From: a candidate division FCPU426 bacterium
GTDB lineage: Bacteria > Oederibacteriota > JAAXVQ01 > JAUVAV01
Assembly (NCBI GenBank): GCA_040756875.1
Contig: JBFLYH010000002.1
Coordinates: 959,078-1,023,077, forward strand
Direction: 5' to 3'
DNA length: 64,000 nucleotides
The notes under the pieces are model-generated. The model worked only from the letters and a program-made list of their open reading frames with translations, ran no database searches and was not told the origin of the DNA. Shown piece after piece: positions 40,116 through 49,624 of this stretch. Numbering within the stretch: the first letter of the stretch is position 1; each line of letters begins with the position of its first letter. The position numbers and the translations under genes are program-made.

Positions 40116-41412
40116 AGGCGGACGCTTGCTCGACCCGGCCAGCCGGCACGACGCGCCGGCGGACCTATGGCTGGAAAACGGACGCGTGGCGGAGGTCACT
40201 CCGCCGGGCGCCCGCAAACCCCAGGCGCAGGACGAGGTCTGGGAGGCCGGCGGCCTGGCCGTGGCGCCCGGGCTGGTGGACGCGCACGTGCACCTGCGCG
40301 AGCCGGGCGCGGAATACAAGGAAACCATCGCCTCGGGCACGCGCGCAGCCGCCGCGGGCGGCGTGACGAGCCTAGCCTGCATGCCCAACACCACCCCGCC
40401 CATCGACAATCTGGCCATGGTGGAGCTGGTGCTGTCCAAAGCCAAAAGCCAGGGCGCGGTGAACGTCTTTCCCGTGGCCTGCATCACCCAGCGCCGGGAA
40501 GGGAAGCAGCTCACCGAAATGGGCGAACTCAAGGCCGCGGGCGTGGTGGCCGTGTCCGACGACGGCGAGCCCGTGGAATCGCCGACGCTCATGCGCAGCG
40601 CCCTGCAGTACGCCGGCATGCTCGACCTGCTGGTCATCAACCACGCGGAAGACAAGTCCCTCGCCGGCAAGGGCGTGGCCCACGCCGGGTTCATGGCCTG
40701 CAAGCTGGGCCTGGCGGGCGTGCCCCGCTCGGCCCTGGAGGTCATGATCAGCCGCGACCTGCTTCTGGCCGAGGAGACGGGCAGCCGCATCCACATCCCG
40801 CACGTGTCCACGGCCGGGGCCGTGCGCCTGATCCGCGAAGCCAAGGCGCGCGGCGTGCGCGTGACGGCCGAGACCGCTCCCCACTACCTCGCGCTCACGG
40901 ACGAGTGCCTCGCGGGCTACGACACCAACGTGCGCGTCAACCCGCCGATCGCCGAGGCCGCGGACCAGGCGGCGCTTATCGACGGGCTGGTCGACGGCAC
41001 CCTGGACGCGATCGCCACGGACCATGCCCCGCACTCGCGCCGCGAAAAGGAAATGGAGTTCGCCCTGGCCGCGCCGGGCATCTGCGGCCTGGAAACTTCG
41101 CTCTCCCTCTGTCTCACGGTCCTCGTGGCCTCGGGCCGGATGCCGCTGCTCGAATTGATCGACCGCATGTCGCTGCGGCCGGCCCGCCTGCTGGGCGTGC
41201 CCAAGGGCACGCTCGCGGCCGGAGCGGACGCGGACCTGGTGCTGTTCGACCCGGACGCGGACCGCACGGTCCAGGCGTCGGAGTTCCACAGCCAGTCGGA
41301 CAACACGCCCTTCGACCAGTGGCGCGTGAAAGGCCGCGTGGCCGCCACCTTCGTGGCCGGAGAACCGGTGTATATCGCTCCTCAAGACCAAGCCAGGCGG
41401 AAGCCATCGTGA
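40099..41412 (+). CDS. pyrC: Dihydroorotase
   Basis: [24 protein letters not shown]. Confidence 0.95.
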
Positions 41413-42173
41413 ACTGCCGCGTGCTGCGCGTCCGGCGGGCGGGTTCCTATGCCCGCCTTTGGCTGGAGGCGCCGGACATCGCCCGCCGGGCCCGGCCCGG
41501 GCAGTTCGTCATGGTCCGGCCCCGGGGCGCGGACGCGCCGTTTTGGCGCCGGCCGTTTTCCCTGTGCTCGGCCGACGGCCGGCGCAGCGTGGAACTGCTG
41601 ATCAAAGCCGTGGGTCCGGGCTCCCGCCTGCTCGCCGCCTCGCGTCCGGGGGACCTCCTCGACGTCACGGGCCCCTTGGGCACGGGGTTCAGCCTGGACG
41701 TCACGGGGCCTGTGCTCCTGGTGGGCGGAGGCTTCGGCATCGCGCCTCTGCGATTTTTAGCCGAGTGCCTGCGCCGCCGCCGCATTCCCTGCGAGGTGTT
41801 CCTGGGCGGTCGATGCCGCGAAGATCTGCTGCTGCAAAGCGAGCTTAAACTCGCGGCCGCGGGCGTGGCCTGCACCACCGAAGACGGCAGTTTTGGCCGG
41901 CGCGGCCGCGTGACCTTGCTTCTGGCCGAGCGCCTGGCCGGCAGCCGGAAACCGGCGCGCATCGCGGCCGCCGGGCCCGAAGCCATGCTCGCGGTCGTGG
42001 CGGACCTGGCGGAAAAGCACGGCGTGGCAGCCGAAGTTTCGCTGGAGACGGTCATGGCCTGCGGCCTGGGCGTGTGCAACGGCTGCGTGCGCCGCGTCAA
42101 CGGGCAATACCAGCGCGTGTGCGCCGACGGCCCGGTCTTCGACGCCGCGGCCGTGGATTGGAGCCAAGCATGA
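41409..42173 (+). CDS. pyrK: Dihydroorotate dehydrogenase electron-transfer subunit
   Basis: PGQFVM, RRPFS, GPLG.GF, GGGFGIAP, MACGLGVCNGC...C.DGPVF. Confidence 0.9.
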   Translation: MNCRVLRVRRAGSYARLWLEAPDIARRARPGQFVMVRPRGADAPFWRRPFSLCSADGRRSVELLIKAVGPGSRLLAASRPGDLLDVTGPLGTGFSLDVTGPVLLVGGGFGIAPLRFLAECLRRRRIPCEVFLGGRCREDLLLQSELKLAAAGVACTTEDGSFGRRGRVTLLLAERLAGSRKPARIAAAGPEAMLAVVADLAEKHGVAAEVSLETVMACGLGVCNGCVRRVNGQYQRVCADGPVFDAAAVDWSQA

Positions 42174-43099
42174 GCCCGCGTGCCGCAGCACCTTCCCTGT
42201 CCTGCACGGTGGGCCGCGTGCGCCTGGCCGCGCCGGTCCTGCTCGCTTCTGGCACCTGCGGCTACGGCCTGGAGCTGGCCGGGCACGTGGATTTCCCGGC
42301 TCTGGGCGGCGTGGTCCTGAAAAGCCTGACCCAGGAGCCGCGCGCTGGCAATCCCATGCCCCGCGTGGCCGAATGCAGCCAGGGCATGCTCAATGCGATC
42401 GGCCTGGCCAATGTGGGCGTGGAGGCGTTTTGCCGCGAGAAGTGGCCCAAGGTCAAAGCGTTGCCTTGCGCCGTGCTGGCCAACGTGGCTGGCGCTTCGC
42501 AGGCCGAGTACGTGGCCGTGGCGCGGCGCCTGGACCGGCTGGACGGGCTCGCGGGCCTGGAGCTGAACGTGTCCTGCCCCAATGTCAGCCACGGCGGGAT
42601 GGAATTCGGCCGCGAGCCCCGCGTGCTGGAACGGCTGGTGGCCGCGGTGCGCAAAGCGACGAAGCGTCCGCTGTGGGTGAAGCTCACGCCCAACGTGGCG
42701 GACATCGCGCCCCTGGCCCGGGCGGCCGAAGCCGCAGGCGCGGACGCAATCACGGTCATCAACACCCTGCGCGGCCTGCGCATGGACCTCAAGCAACAGC
42801 GGCCTGTGCTGGGCAATGTGACGGGCGGGCTCTCGGGCCCGGCCATCATGCCCGTGGCCCTTTTTCACGTCTACCGCGCGGCCGGAGCGGTGAAGATCCC
42901 CGTGGTGGGCTGCGGCGGCATCGAGACCGCGGAGGACGCGCTCGAATTCATCCTGGCCGGCGCCAGCGCGGTGCAGGTCGGGACCGCGACCTTCCGCCGG
43001 CCGCGGGCCGCGGAGCTGATCGCGGCCGGGCTGCGGCGCCAGCTGCAGGCCCGGGGCCTGCGCAGCCTCAAGCCCCTGATCGGAGCCGGAAGGATATGA
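42170..43099 (+). CDS. pyrD: Dihydroorotate dehydrogenase family 1B
   Basis: ASGTCG, NAIGLAN, ELNVSCPN, VKLTPNV, GGLSGPAI. Confidence 0.95.
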   Translation: MSPRAAAPSLSCTVGRVRLAAPVLLASGTCGYGLELAGHVDFPALGGVVLKSLTQEPRAGNPMPRVAECSQGMLNAIGLANVGVEAFCREKWPKVKALPCAVLANVAGASQAEYVAVARRLDRLDGLAGLELNVSCPNVSHGGMEFGREPRVLERLVAAVRKATKRPLWVKLTPNVADIAPLARAAEAAGADAITVINTLRGLRMDLKQQRPVLGNVTGGLSGPAIMPVALFHVYRAAGAVKIPVVGCGGIETAEDALEFILAGASAVQVGTATFRRPRAAELIAAGLRRQLQARGLRSLKPLIGAGRI

Positions 43100-43695
43100 A
43101 CTGGCAGGCAGCGGTGATCCAGGCGGTGTCGTGGGACGCGGCCGGGCTCCGCCTGATCAACCAGGGCGCCTATTGGCGTCCGCTCGCGGATCTGACTTAC
43201 TGGGTGGCGCGCGACCAGGTCATTCTGGGCGTGCTCGGCGGCGCGGTCGCGGCCTACATCCTGTACGCGGGCCTGCGCCGCGCGTTGTGGGTGTCCGCCT
43301 GGAGCGCCGCGGCCGTAATGCTCACGCAATTGATCCACAACAGCTGGTTCAAGCTTTTTTTCAACCGCCCCCGGCCGTTTCTCCGCCAGGAGGGCGTGCG
43401 GCTGTGCGTGGCTTTGAACGATTTATCGCAGGTTTCGCTGTCCTTCCCGTCCACTCATTCGGCCAGCGCCGCGGCCCTGGCCGTGGTAATCGCCGGTTTG
43501 GATCCGGCGCTCAAGTGGCCGGCCATCGGGTTCGCCCTGCTGATCGGCCTGGGCACCGTGTATTCCGGCGGGCATTATCCGGCGGACGTGCTCGCGGGGT
43601 ATGCGGCCGGTGGCGGCGTGGGCTGGCTGTTGCTGCGTCTACGGCCGTTCCTGTCCTGGGCGGACCCTTGCAGCGCAGGCCAGGGCAGGCCATGA
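43096..43695 (+). CDS. PAP2-family membrane phosphatase
   Basis: KLFFNRPRP, SFPSTHS, HYPADV; ATGA-coupled on both sides. Confidence 0.82.
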   Translation: MNWQAAVIQAVSWDAAGLRLINQGAYWRPLADLTYWVARDQVILGVLGGAVAAYILYAGLRRALWVSAWSAAAVMLTQLIHNSWFKLFFNRPRPFLRQEGVRLCVALNDLSQVSLSFPSTHSASAAALAVVIAGLDPALKWPAIGFALLIGLGTVYSGGHYPADVLAGYAAGGGVGWLLLRLRPFLSWADPCSAGQGRP

Positions 43696-44792
43696 GCAGG
43701 GGAGCGGGCATCCGGATGCTGCTGGCCGCGGCCGCGTTTCTGGCCGCAGGCCCGGCGGCAAGGGCGCAGGACGGGAACACTCTGTCCGCGGCCTCCATAC
43801 CCGTGCTGTGCTATCATCGCTTCGGCGGGCACAACGCCCAGGACGCTTATTCGGTCACGCCCGAGGAATTCGCGGCGCAACTGGAAATGATCCAGGCCGA
43901 AGGCATGACCCCCGTTTCCCTGAGCAGCCTGGCCGCAGGGCTCAAGGGCGCGAGCCGACTGCCGGCCAAACCCGTGGTGATCACGGTGGACGACGGGTAC
44001 CGGGACTTCAACAAACACGCCCGGCCCCTGCTCGCGGCCAAGGGCTATGCGGCCGCCTTGTTCGTCTACCCCGCGTTCGTGGGCACCAAGCACGGCTTTT
44101 CGCGGCAGGACCTGGCCGAGCTGCAGGCCGCGGGCTTCGAGATCGGCTCGCACTCCGCGACGCACGCCTATCTGACGCGCCGTCCCGCGGGAGAAACGCC
44201 GGAAGCCCGGCAGGCGCGCCTGCAGGCCGAACTGGCGGGTTCGCGGGAAAAACTCAGGGAGTGGTCAGGCGGCGAAGTGCTGGCCCTGTCCTATCCCTAC
44301 GGCCTGTGGGACCAGGAAACGGCGGAGGCGGCGCAGGCCGCGGGGCATGAGTTGATGTTCACCGTGGATCCCGGGCCGAACGACGCGGCGACGCCCCGCT
44401 ATGCCTTGAAGCGCACCATGATCCTGCGCGGCCTCACGCCCGGCATTTTCCTCAGCATCCTGCGGGAGGCGCCCCTGCGCGTCGGCGGCTGGGAGCCGGC
44501 GCTCGGCGCGCGGGTGGCCGGGCCGCTCCTCAGGCTGACCTTCAGCCTGGACCCGGAGCAGAGCCAACGCCTTAAGCCGAACACCCTGGCCGTGACGCGC
44601 CAGAACCAGGCGCTGCCCCTGCGCTTCGACGCAGCGCGCGGCCGCTACGAAATCACGCTGCCCAAACCGTGGCAGCGCGGCACGGATTTGCTGATCCTGA
44701 CCGCGCGGGACCAAGGCAACCGCCGCCTGCGCGACAGCCGCCTGGTCATCGTGGACCCGGCAATGGAAGCGAAAGGACTCACAACCCCATGA
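43692..44792 (+). CDS. Secreted polysaccharide deacetylase (NodB/CE4)
   Basis: Signal peptide; PVLCYH, TVDDGY, GSHSATH, SYPYG. Confidence 0.88.
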   Translation: MSRGAGIRMLLAAAAFLAAGPAARAQDGNTLSAASIPVLCYHRFGGHNAQDAYSVTPEEFAAQLEMIQAEGMTPVSLSSLAAGLKGASRLPAKPVVITVDDGYRDFNKHARPLLAAKGYAAALFVYPAFVGTKHGFSRQDLAELQAAGFEIGSHSATHAYLTRRPAGETPEARQARLQAELAGSREKLREWSGGEVLALSYPYGLWDQETAEAAQAAGHELMFTVDPGPNDAATPRYALKRTMILRGLTPGIFLSILREAPLRVGGWEPALGARVAGPLLRLTFSLDPEQSQRLKPNTLAVTRQNQALPLRFDAARGRYEITLPKPWQRGTDLLILTARDQGNRRLRDSRLVIVDPAMEAKGLTTP

Positions 44793-45520
44793 CCGTCAAA
44801 CCCAAAGACCGCCTGTTCATCGCCCTGGATGTGGATGATTTGAAGGCCGCGGACCATCTTATGAGCCGCATGCAGGGCGTGGTGTCACAGTACAAGCTGG
44901 GCGCGCAGCTGCTCACGGCCGCCGGACCGGAGGCCGTGATGCACGTGCGCCGCCGCGGCTTCGGCGTCTTTTACGACGCCAAGTTCCACGACATCCCGCG
45001 CACGGTCGGCGCGTCCGTGGCCGCGGCCTGCCGCATCGGCGCCACCATCGTCAACGTGCACGCCGGCGGCGGCAAGGACATGATGGCCGCCGCAGCCCAG
45101 GCGGCCCGCGACGTGGCGCACAAACTGCGCCAGCCCCGCACCCTGGTGCTGGGCGTGACCGTGCTGACGTCGCTCACCCAGGCCAACCTGACCCGGGAGC
45201 TGGGCGTGCGGCGCCGCCTGCAGTCGCAGGTGGTGCAGCTCGCGCGCCTGGCGAAAGCCTCGGGATTGGACGGCGTGGTCGCCAGCCCGCAGGAGATCGC
45301 GGCCGTGCGCCGGGCCTGCGGCCGGGATTTCGTGATCCTCACACCGGGCATCCGGCCGGCCGGGGCCAGCCTCAATGACCAGAAACGCACCCTGACCCCG
45401 GGCCAGGCCATGGCCGCGGGCGCCGATTACCTGGTGGTCGGCCGTCCGGTGTACGAGGCGCGCGACCCGCTGGCCGTGGTGCGGTCCATTTTCAGCGAAA
45501 TGGAGGAGTTCATGCGATGA
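44789..45520 (+). CDS. pyrF: Orotidine-5'-phosphate decarboxylase
   Basis: IALD, DAKFHDIPRT, VTVLTS, TPGIRP, VVGRP. Confidence 0.95.
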   Translation: MTVKPKDRLFIALDVDDLKAADHLMSRMQGVVSQYKLGAQLLTAAGPEAVMHVRRRGFGVFYDAKFHDIPRTVGASVAAACRIGATIVNVHAGGGKDMMAAAAQAARDVAHKLRQPRTLVLGVTVLTSLTQANLTRELGVRRRLQSQVVQLARLAKASGLDGVVASPQEIAAVRRACGRDFVILTPGIRPAGASLNDQKRTLTPGQAMAAGADYLVVGRPVYEARDPLAVVRSIFSEMEEFMR

Positions 45521-46110
45521 CACCCGCGCAAGTGCAAACCCTGTTCGAAGAGTCCGGCGCCCTGCTCAGCGGGCACTTCCAGCTGACCTCGGGCAACCAT
45601 TCCAACCGCTACCTGCAGTGCGCCCTGGTCACCCAGCATCCGGGGCATGCCGCGAGCCTGGCCGACGCCCTGGCCGGACGGTTCAAGGACCAGGACGTGG
45701 ACGTGGTCCTGGGCCCGGCCGTGGGCGGCATCGTGCTGGCCCAGGAAGTGGCGCAAGCCCTGTACCGCCAGGGTCGCCGGCAGGTGCGCGCCATTTTTTG
45801 CGAACGCGTGGACGGCCGCATGGCCCTGCGCCGCGGGTTTTCGCTCTCGTCCGGGGAACGGGTGCTGGCCGTGGAGGACGTGGTGACCACCGGCGGTTCG
45901 GTGCAGGAAGCCGTGGCCCTGGCCCAGGCCGCGGGCTGCACGGTGGTCGGCGTGGGCTGCCTGGTGGACCGCAGCTCCGCGCCGCCGCAACTCGGCGCGC
46001 CCCTGGTCTCGCTGCTCAAGGTGAACGCCGATTTGTTTCCGCCGGACAACTGCCCCTTGTGCCGACAGGGCCTGCCGGCCATCAAGCCCGGCAGCCGGGG
46101 ATTAAAATGA
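45517..46110 (+). CDS. pyrE: Orotate phosphoribosyltransferase
   Basis: GHFQLTSGNHS, VEDVVTTGGS, KPGSR. Confidence 0.95.
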   Translation: MTPAQVQTLFEESGALLSGHFQLTSGNHSNRYLQCALVTQHPGHAASLADALAGRFKDQDVDVVLGPAVGGIVLAQEVAQALYRQGRRQVRAIFCERVDGRMALRRGFSLSSGERVLAVEDVVTTGGSVQEAVALAQAAGCTVVGVGCLVDRSSAPPQLGAPLVSLLKVNADLFPPDNCPLCRQGLPAIKPGSRGLK

Positions 46111-46117
46111 AAGGGAT

Positions 46118-46234
46118 GGGTCGAAGATTCACCCTAGGGCGGACGGCGGTTTGCTCTGCAAACCGCCTCGGATCGAAAAATCCCCTTGCCAATGCGGTTT
46201 TTCTCAACGCCGCCTGCGGGTGAATCTTCGACCC
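46118..46234. repeat. 117-bp structured intergenic element, copy 2
   Basis: 17-bp perfect terminal inverted repeat GGGTCGAAGATTCACCC enclosing two hairpins; core shared with 24661-24779. Confidence 0.8.
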
Positions 46235-46284
46235 GTGTTGGGTGTGATGAGAAGGATGTTACACAAACCGCAAGGAGCAATGAC

Positions 46285-47202
46285 ATGCCTTCCCGCATGA
46301 AGAGCGCGCTCTGGTACCTGGCGCTCACGTTCATCCTCAGCTGGAGCTTGGTGGGCGTTGCGTTCTACGGGCTCAAACTCCACCTCAACCAAGGCGCCGG
46401 GCTGGCGGTCGCGGTCCTTTATATGTTCATGCCCCTGTGCGCGGTTGTCCTCGTGCGCAAATTCATCCTGCGCCAGCCTGTCCGGGAAGCGCTGGGCCTG
46501 TCCTTCAAGCTCAATGCCTGGTGGCTTGTGGCCTGGCTGCTGCCGCTGGTTTTAAGCGTGGGCGCCTTGTTCGCTTCACTCCTGGTCCCGGGCGTGGAAT
46601 GGTCCTGGTCCATGGAGGGGATGATCCAGCGCTTTGGCAGCCAGTTGACGCCGGCCCAGATCGAAGCTATGCGCCAGCAAACCGCGGCTTTGCCCTTGCA
46701 TCCCTTGTGGCTGGGGATGATCCAGGGGCTCCTGGCCGGCGTAACGGTCAATGCCGTGGCCGGGTTCGGCGAGGAAGCCGGGTGGCGGGGCCTCCTGCAG
46801 CGCGACCTGCAATTCTTGGGATTCTGGCGCTCATCCATCTTCATCGGGCTGGTTTGGGGCATCTGGCACGTGCCGATCATTCTGCTGGGCCACAATTATC
46901 CCCAGCATCCTCGCGAAGGCGCTTTTTACATGGCGTATTTCACCATTTTAATGGCCCCCTTGTTCGCTTATATCCGCGCCCGCACCCGCTCCGTGGTGGC
47001 CGCGGCCGTCATGCACGGCACGCTCAATGCCGTGGCAGGCATTTCCTTCATGACCCTGGCGGGCGGGAGCGATTTGTCCGTGGGCCTGACCGGCCTGGCC
47101 GGCCTGGCGGTGCTGGCCGGCGCCAACGGCCTGCTGTGGGTGTACGACCGGTGGTTGAGCAAAGACCCGCTGATTCCGAATTACAGAACCTGGGTTTTCT
47201 AG
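46285..47202 (+). CDS. CPBP (CAAX/Abi) intramembrane metalloprotease
   Basis: GEEAGWRG, WGIWH, HGTLN; AAGGAG RBS. Confidence 0.9.
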   Translation: MPSRMKSALWYLALTFILSWSLVGVAFYGLKLHLNQGAGLAVAVLYMFMPLCAVVLVRKFILRQPVREALGLSFKLNAWWLVAWLLPLVLSVGALFASLLVPGVEWSWSMEGMIQRFGSQLTPAQIEAMRQQTAALPLHPLWLGMIQGLLAGVTVNAVAGFGEEAGWRGLLQRDLQFLGFWRSSIFIGLVWGIWHVPIILLGHNYPQHPREGAFYMAYFTILMAPLFAYIRARTRSVVAAAVMHGTLNAVAGISFMTLAGGSDLSVGLTGLAGLAVLAGANGLLWVYDRWLSKDPLIPNYRTWVF

Positions 47203-47210
47203 GGGAGAAA

Positions 47211-47732
47211 ATGGAACCTTGGTTGTACGCTGCTTTGTTGGCTGTGCACAATCTCGTGCTGGTGATTTTCGGCGGCGGGATGTTCAGCGTCTGGCTCTTG
47301 AACCGGAAGCGTTCGGATTACGACCGGACGTCCCTGCACCCGGGCGACCATTTGCTCGAAGCATCAATGATCGCCCATCCGGACGGCTACTTGCGTGGCC
47401 TGATCATGCTCGCGCTCACGGGCGGCGGCATGCCCCTGGTCCACTTTCTTTATCACGGCCACATCAAGCCGCAGACCGCGGTCTCCTGGTCCGCTTTCGG
47501 GTTTAAAGGCGTGCTGGTGACCGTGCTTTTTGTCGTGCTGATCCGGTGGCTGAAGCAGGTCGAACTCCCGCTGGGCCGGGCTTACGCCGAAGCCAAGGCT
47601 GCGCCCACGCCCGCGAACTGCCAGCGCTACTTCGAGCTCTCGGCCCGGCGCACGCGCTGGTGCCTATGGGGCTGGGTGGTGGCCCTGCTGGTGCTGCTGG
47701 TCACGCCGCTGGTGACTTTTTTCCAGGGCTGA
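47211..47732 (+). CDS. Hypothetical four-TM protein
   Basis: GGAG RBS; four hydrophobic segments. Confidence 0.7.
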   Translation: MEPWLYAALLAVHNLVLVIFGGGMFSVWLLNRKRSDYDRTSLHPGDHLLEASMIAHPDGYLRGLIMLALTGGGMPLVHFLYHGHIKPQTAVSWSAFGFKGVLVTVLFVVLIRWLKQVELPLGRAYAEAKAAPTPANCQRYFELSARRTRWCLWGWVVALLVLLVTPLVTFFQG

Positions 47733-47755
47733 GCGTGACGGCAATCTATAAATGA

Positions 47756-47784
47756 TTGAGTTTGGCCCGGACCCGGTGTAAAAT
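47756..47784 (+). promoter_or_regulatory. Putative sigma70 promoter
   Basis: TTGAGT-17 nt-TAAAAT, 30 nt upstream of ATG 47815. Confidence 0.55.
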
Positions 47785-47814
47785 AAGCTCAACTTCACGA
47801 CGCCGGGGGGACTT

Positions 47815-48222
47815 ATGCGACGCTATCTCAACATTCTGGAAGAGAAAAACGATCCCCGCCACATCGAGGAATACCTCGGCGCCTTCAGCGAGAGCCTCAA
47901 ACTCATCCTGCAGCAAAATCCGGTGGAGCGCATGGGGCACGCCGTGCTCCTGGCCGCGAAAACCGCCATGCGGCTCAAGGCCGCGGAACCCCGCTTGCGC
48001 GAACATGAAATCGCCAACCGCCTGCAGTTCATCGCCCGCAACATCCGCCTGACCACTATTCTCAAGGACCTGACTCCCGAGGAGAAACGCATTCTCAAGC
48101 TGCATCCGAGCAATCACAACGCTCCGGTCTCCAAACCGCGGCGCAAGCCGGCGGCTTCCTCCGGTGTGATTCCCCGCGGCGTCCGCAAGAGATCACAAAG
48201 GAGTAAGCCGCGGGGACGCTGA
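47815..48222 (+). CDS. Hypothetical protein with basic C-terminal tail
   Basis: Host-like codon usage; candidate promoter upstream. Confidence 0.65.
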   Translation: MRRYLNILEEKNDPRHIEEYLGAFSESLKLILQQNPVERMGHAVLLAAKTAMRLKAAEPRLREHEIANRLQFIARNIRLTTILKDLTPEEKRILKLHPSNHNAPVSKPRRKPAASSGVIPRGVRKRSQRSKPRGR

Positions 48223-48298
48223 ATGTCACACCCCGAACCTGTCATCCTCCCTCCGAATCCCCGATGCATACTGCGAGGCGCTGGTGAAGGGGTGAAAC

Positions 48299-49624
48299 GT
48301 GCCTGAATCTTTCTCCGCCAGACAATTAATCGGTTGCGCCCTGGCTATCGGGCTGCTGCTTACAGGCTGCCGCGGCGCCACCCAGGCCCCGGCCTGGTCC
48401 CAGCGCTCCCTGATCGCCGGCCCTGAAATCCTCGTCCGTCTCTGGCGCAAAACCCCCTTCACGCAAGTGCAGCTCTCCTGGGACGGCACGCCGCTGCTGG
48501 CGGTGGATGCCAACGGAGAAATCATCCCCCTGCCGCAGGTCAACCGGCTCTATTTCTACCAGCGCGGCGAGCAGGTGGCCCTGGCATTCAAAGCCGGCCG
48601 CAAGGCGGCCCGCGAAGCCCAGGCGTACTCCTCGCTGGTGCTGCGGGTCCCGGGATCCGAGGTCAAGGCGTTCACGGTGTTGATCCCGGAATACGGCCGG
48701 CGGCGCAACTACGGCGCCCAAGCCGTGAGCCTGTCCGTGAAATACGGGCACTTGGCGCTGATCAACCATCTGCCGCTGGAAATGTACCTGGCGCGCGTGC
48801 TGCCCGAGGAAATGGATCCGGAGCATTTCACGCTGGAGGCGCTCAAAGCCCAGGCCGTGGTGGCGCGCACCTGGTCCCTGACCAATCTCAACCGGCACGC
48901 CCGCTATGGGTATCATTTTTGCGACGGGCCCCACTGCCAGGCCTACCGCGGCCGCAAGCGGGTGTCCGGCCGGGCCGAGGACGCGGTGAAGATGACCCTG
49001 GGCGAAGTGGTGCTCTCCGGCGGCGAGCCGGCCGAGGCGTTTTACCACAGCACCTGCGGGGGCAACACGGCGTTCGTGGAAGACGTATGGCCCGGGGCCC
49101 GGCTTCCGTATCTGAGGCGCGTCGAGGACCGCTTCCGCCCCGGTCAGCGCGCCTACTGCGCCCATTCCCCCTATTCACGCTGGACGCTGTGGACTTCGCT
49201 CCGGCACGTGGAGCGGGTATTGAAACGCCGCCAGGCGATCGCCGCCGAAACCAATCTGCTGGACGTCAAAGTGGACGCGGTCAACCGTTCCGGCCGCGTG
49301 CTCAGGATTTGGCTGGCCACAGACCGCGGCGAATTGACACTGGGCGGGGAGTCCTTTCGCGCGTGGCTGAACGAGGAGTTCGGGCGAAAGCTCCTGAGCA
49401 CGTTTTATTCCATCAGGGTGGAGGACGGGCAGTTTAAGCTGGAGGGGAAAGGCCTGGGACACGGGGTCGGCATGTGCCAATGGGGCGCCCGGGGCATGGC
49501 CCAGCTCGGTTTTTCCTACCAGGACATCCTACAGCATTACTTTCCGGGGACCACGATCGGCCGGTTCGAGGGGGCGGCCGTGGAACCCGGGGCGACCACG
49601 GTGAATTCGCACGCCGGGAAGTAG
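48299..49624 (+). CDS. SpoIID/LytB-domain lytic transglycosylase (probable lipoprotein)
   Basis: LLTGC; YLARVLPEEM, EALKAQAVVART, CQAY, YHSTCGG, GHGVGMCQWGA. Confidence 0.9.
   Translation: MPESFSARQLIGCALAIGLLLTGCRGATQAPAWSQRSLIAGPEILVRLWRKTPFTQVQLSWDGTPLLAVDANGEIIPLPQVNRLYFYQRGEQVALAFKAGRKAAREAQAYSSLVLRVPGSEVKAFTVLIPEYGRRRNYGAQAVSLSVKYGHLALINHLPLEMYLARVLPEEMDPEHFTLEALKAQAVVARTWSLTNLNRHARYGYHFCDGPHCQAYRGRKRVSGRAEDAVKMTLGEVVLSGGEPAEAFYHSTCGGNTAFVEDVWPGARLPYLRRVEDRFRPGQRAYCAHSPYSRWTLWTSLRHVERVLKRRQAIAAETNLLDVKVDAVNRSGRVLRIWLATDRGELTLGGESFRAWLNEEFGRKLLSTFYSIRVEDGQFKLEGKGLGHGVGMCQWGARGMAQLGFSYQDILQHYFPGTTIGRFEGAAVEPGATTVNSHAGK

Noticed and set aside
40167-41408. Long N-terminal extensions of pyrK, PAP2 and deacetylase ORFs suggesting fusions or frameshifts
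   Set aside because: Off-frame overlaps with upstream genes; the true starts are at GTGA/ATGA junctions
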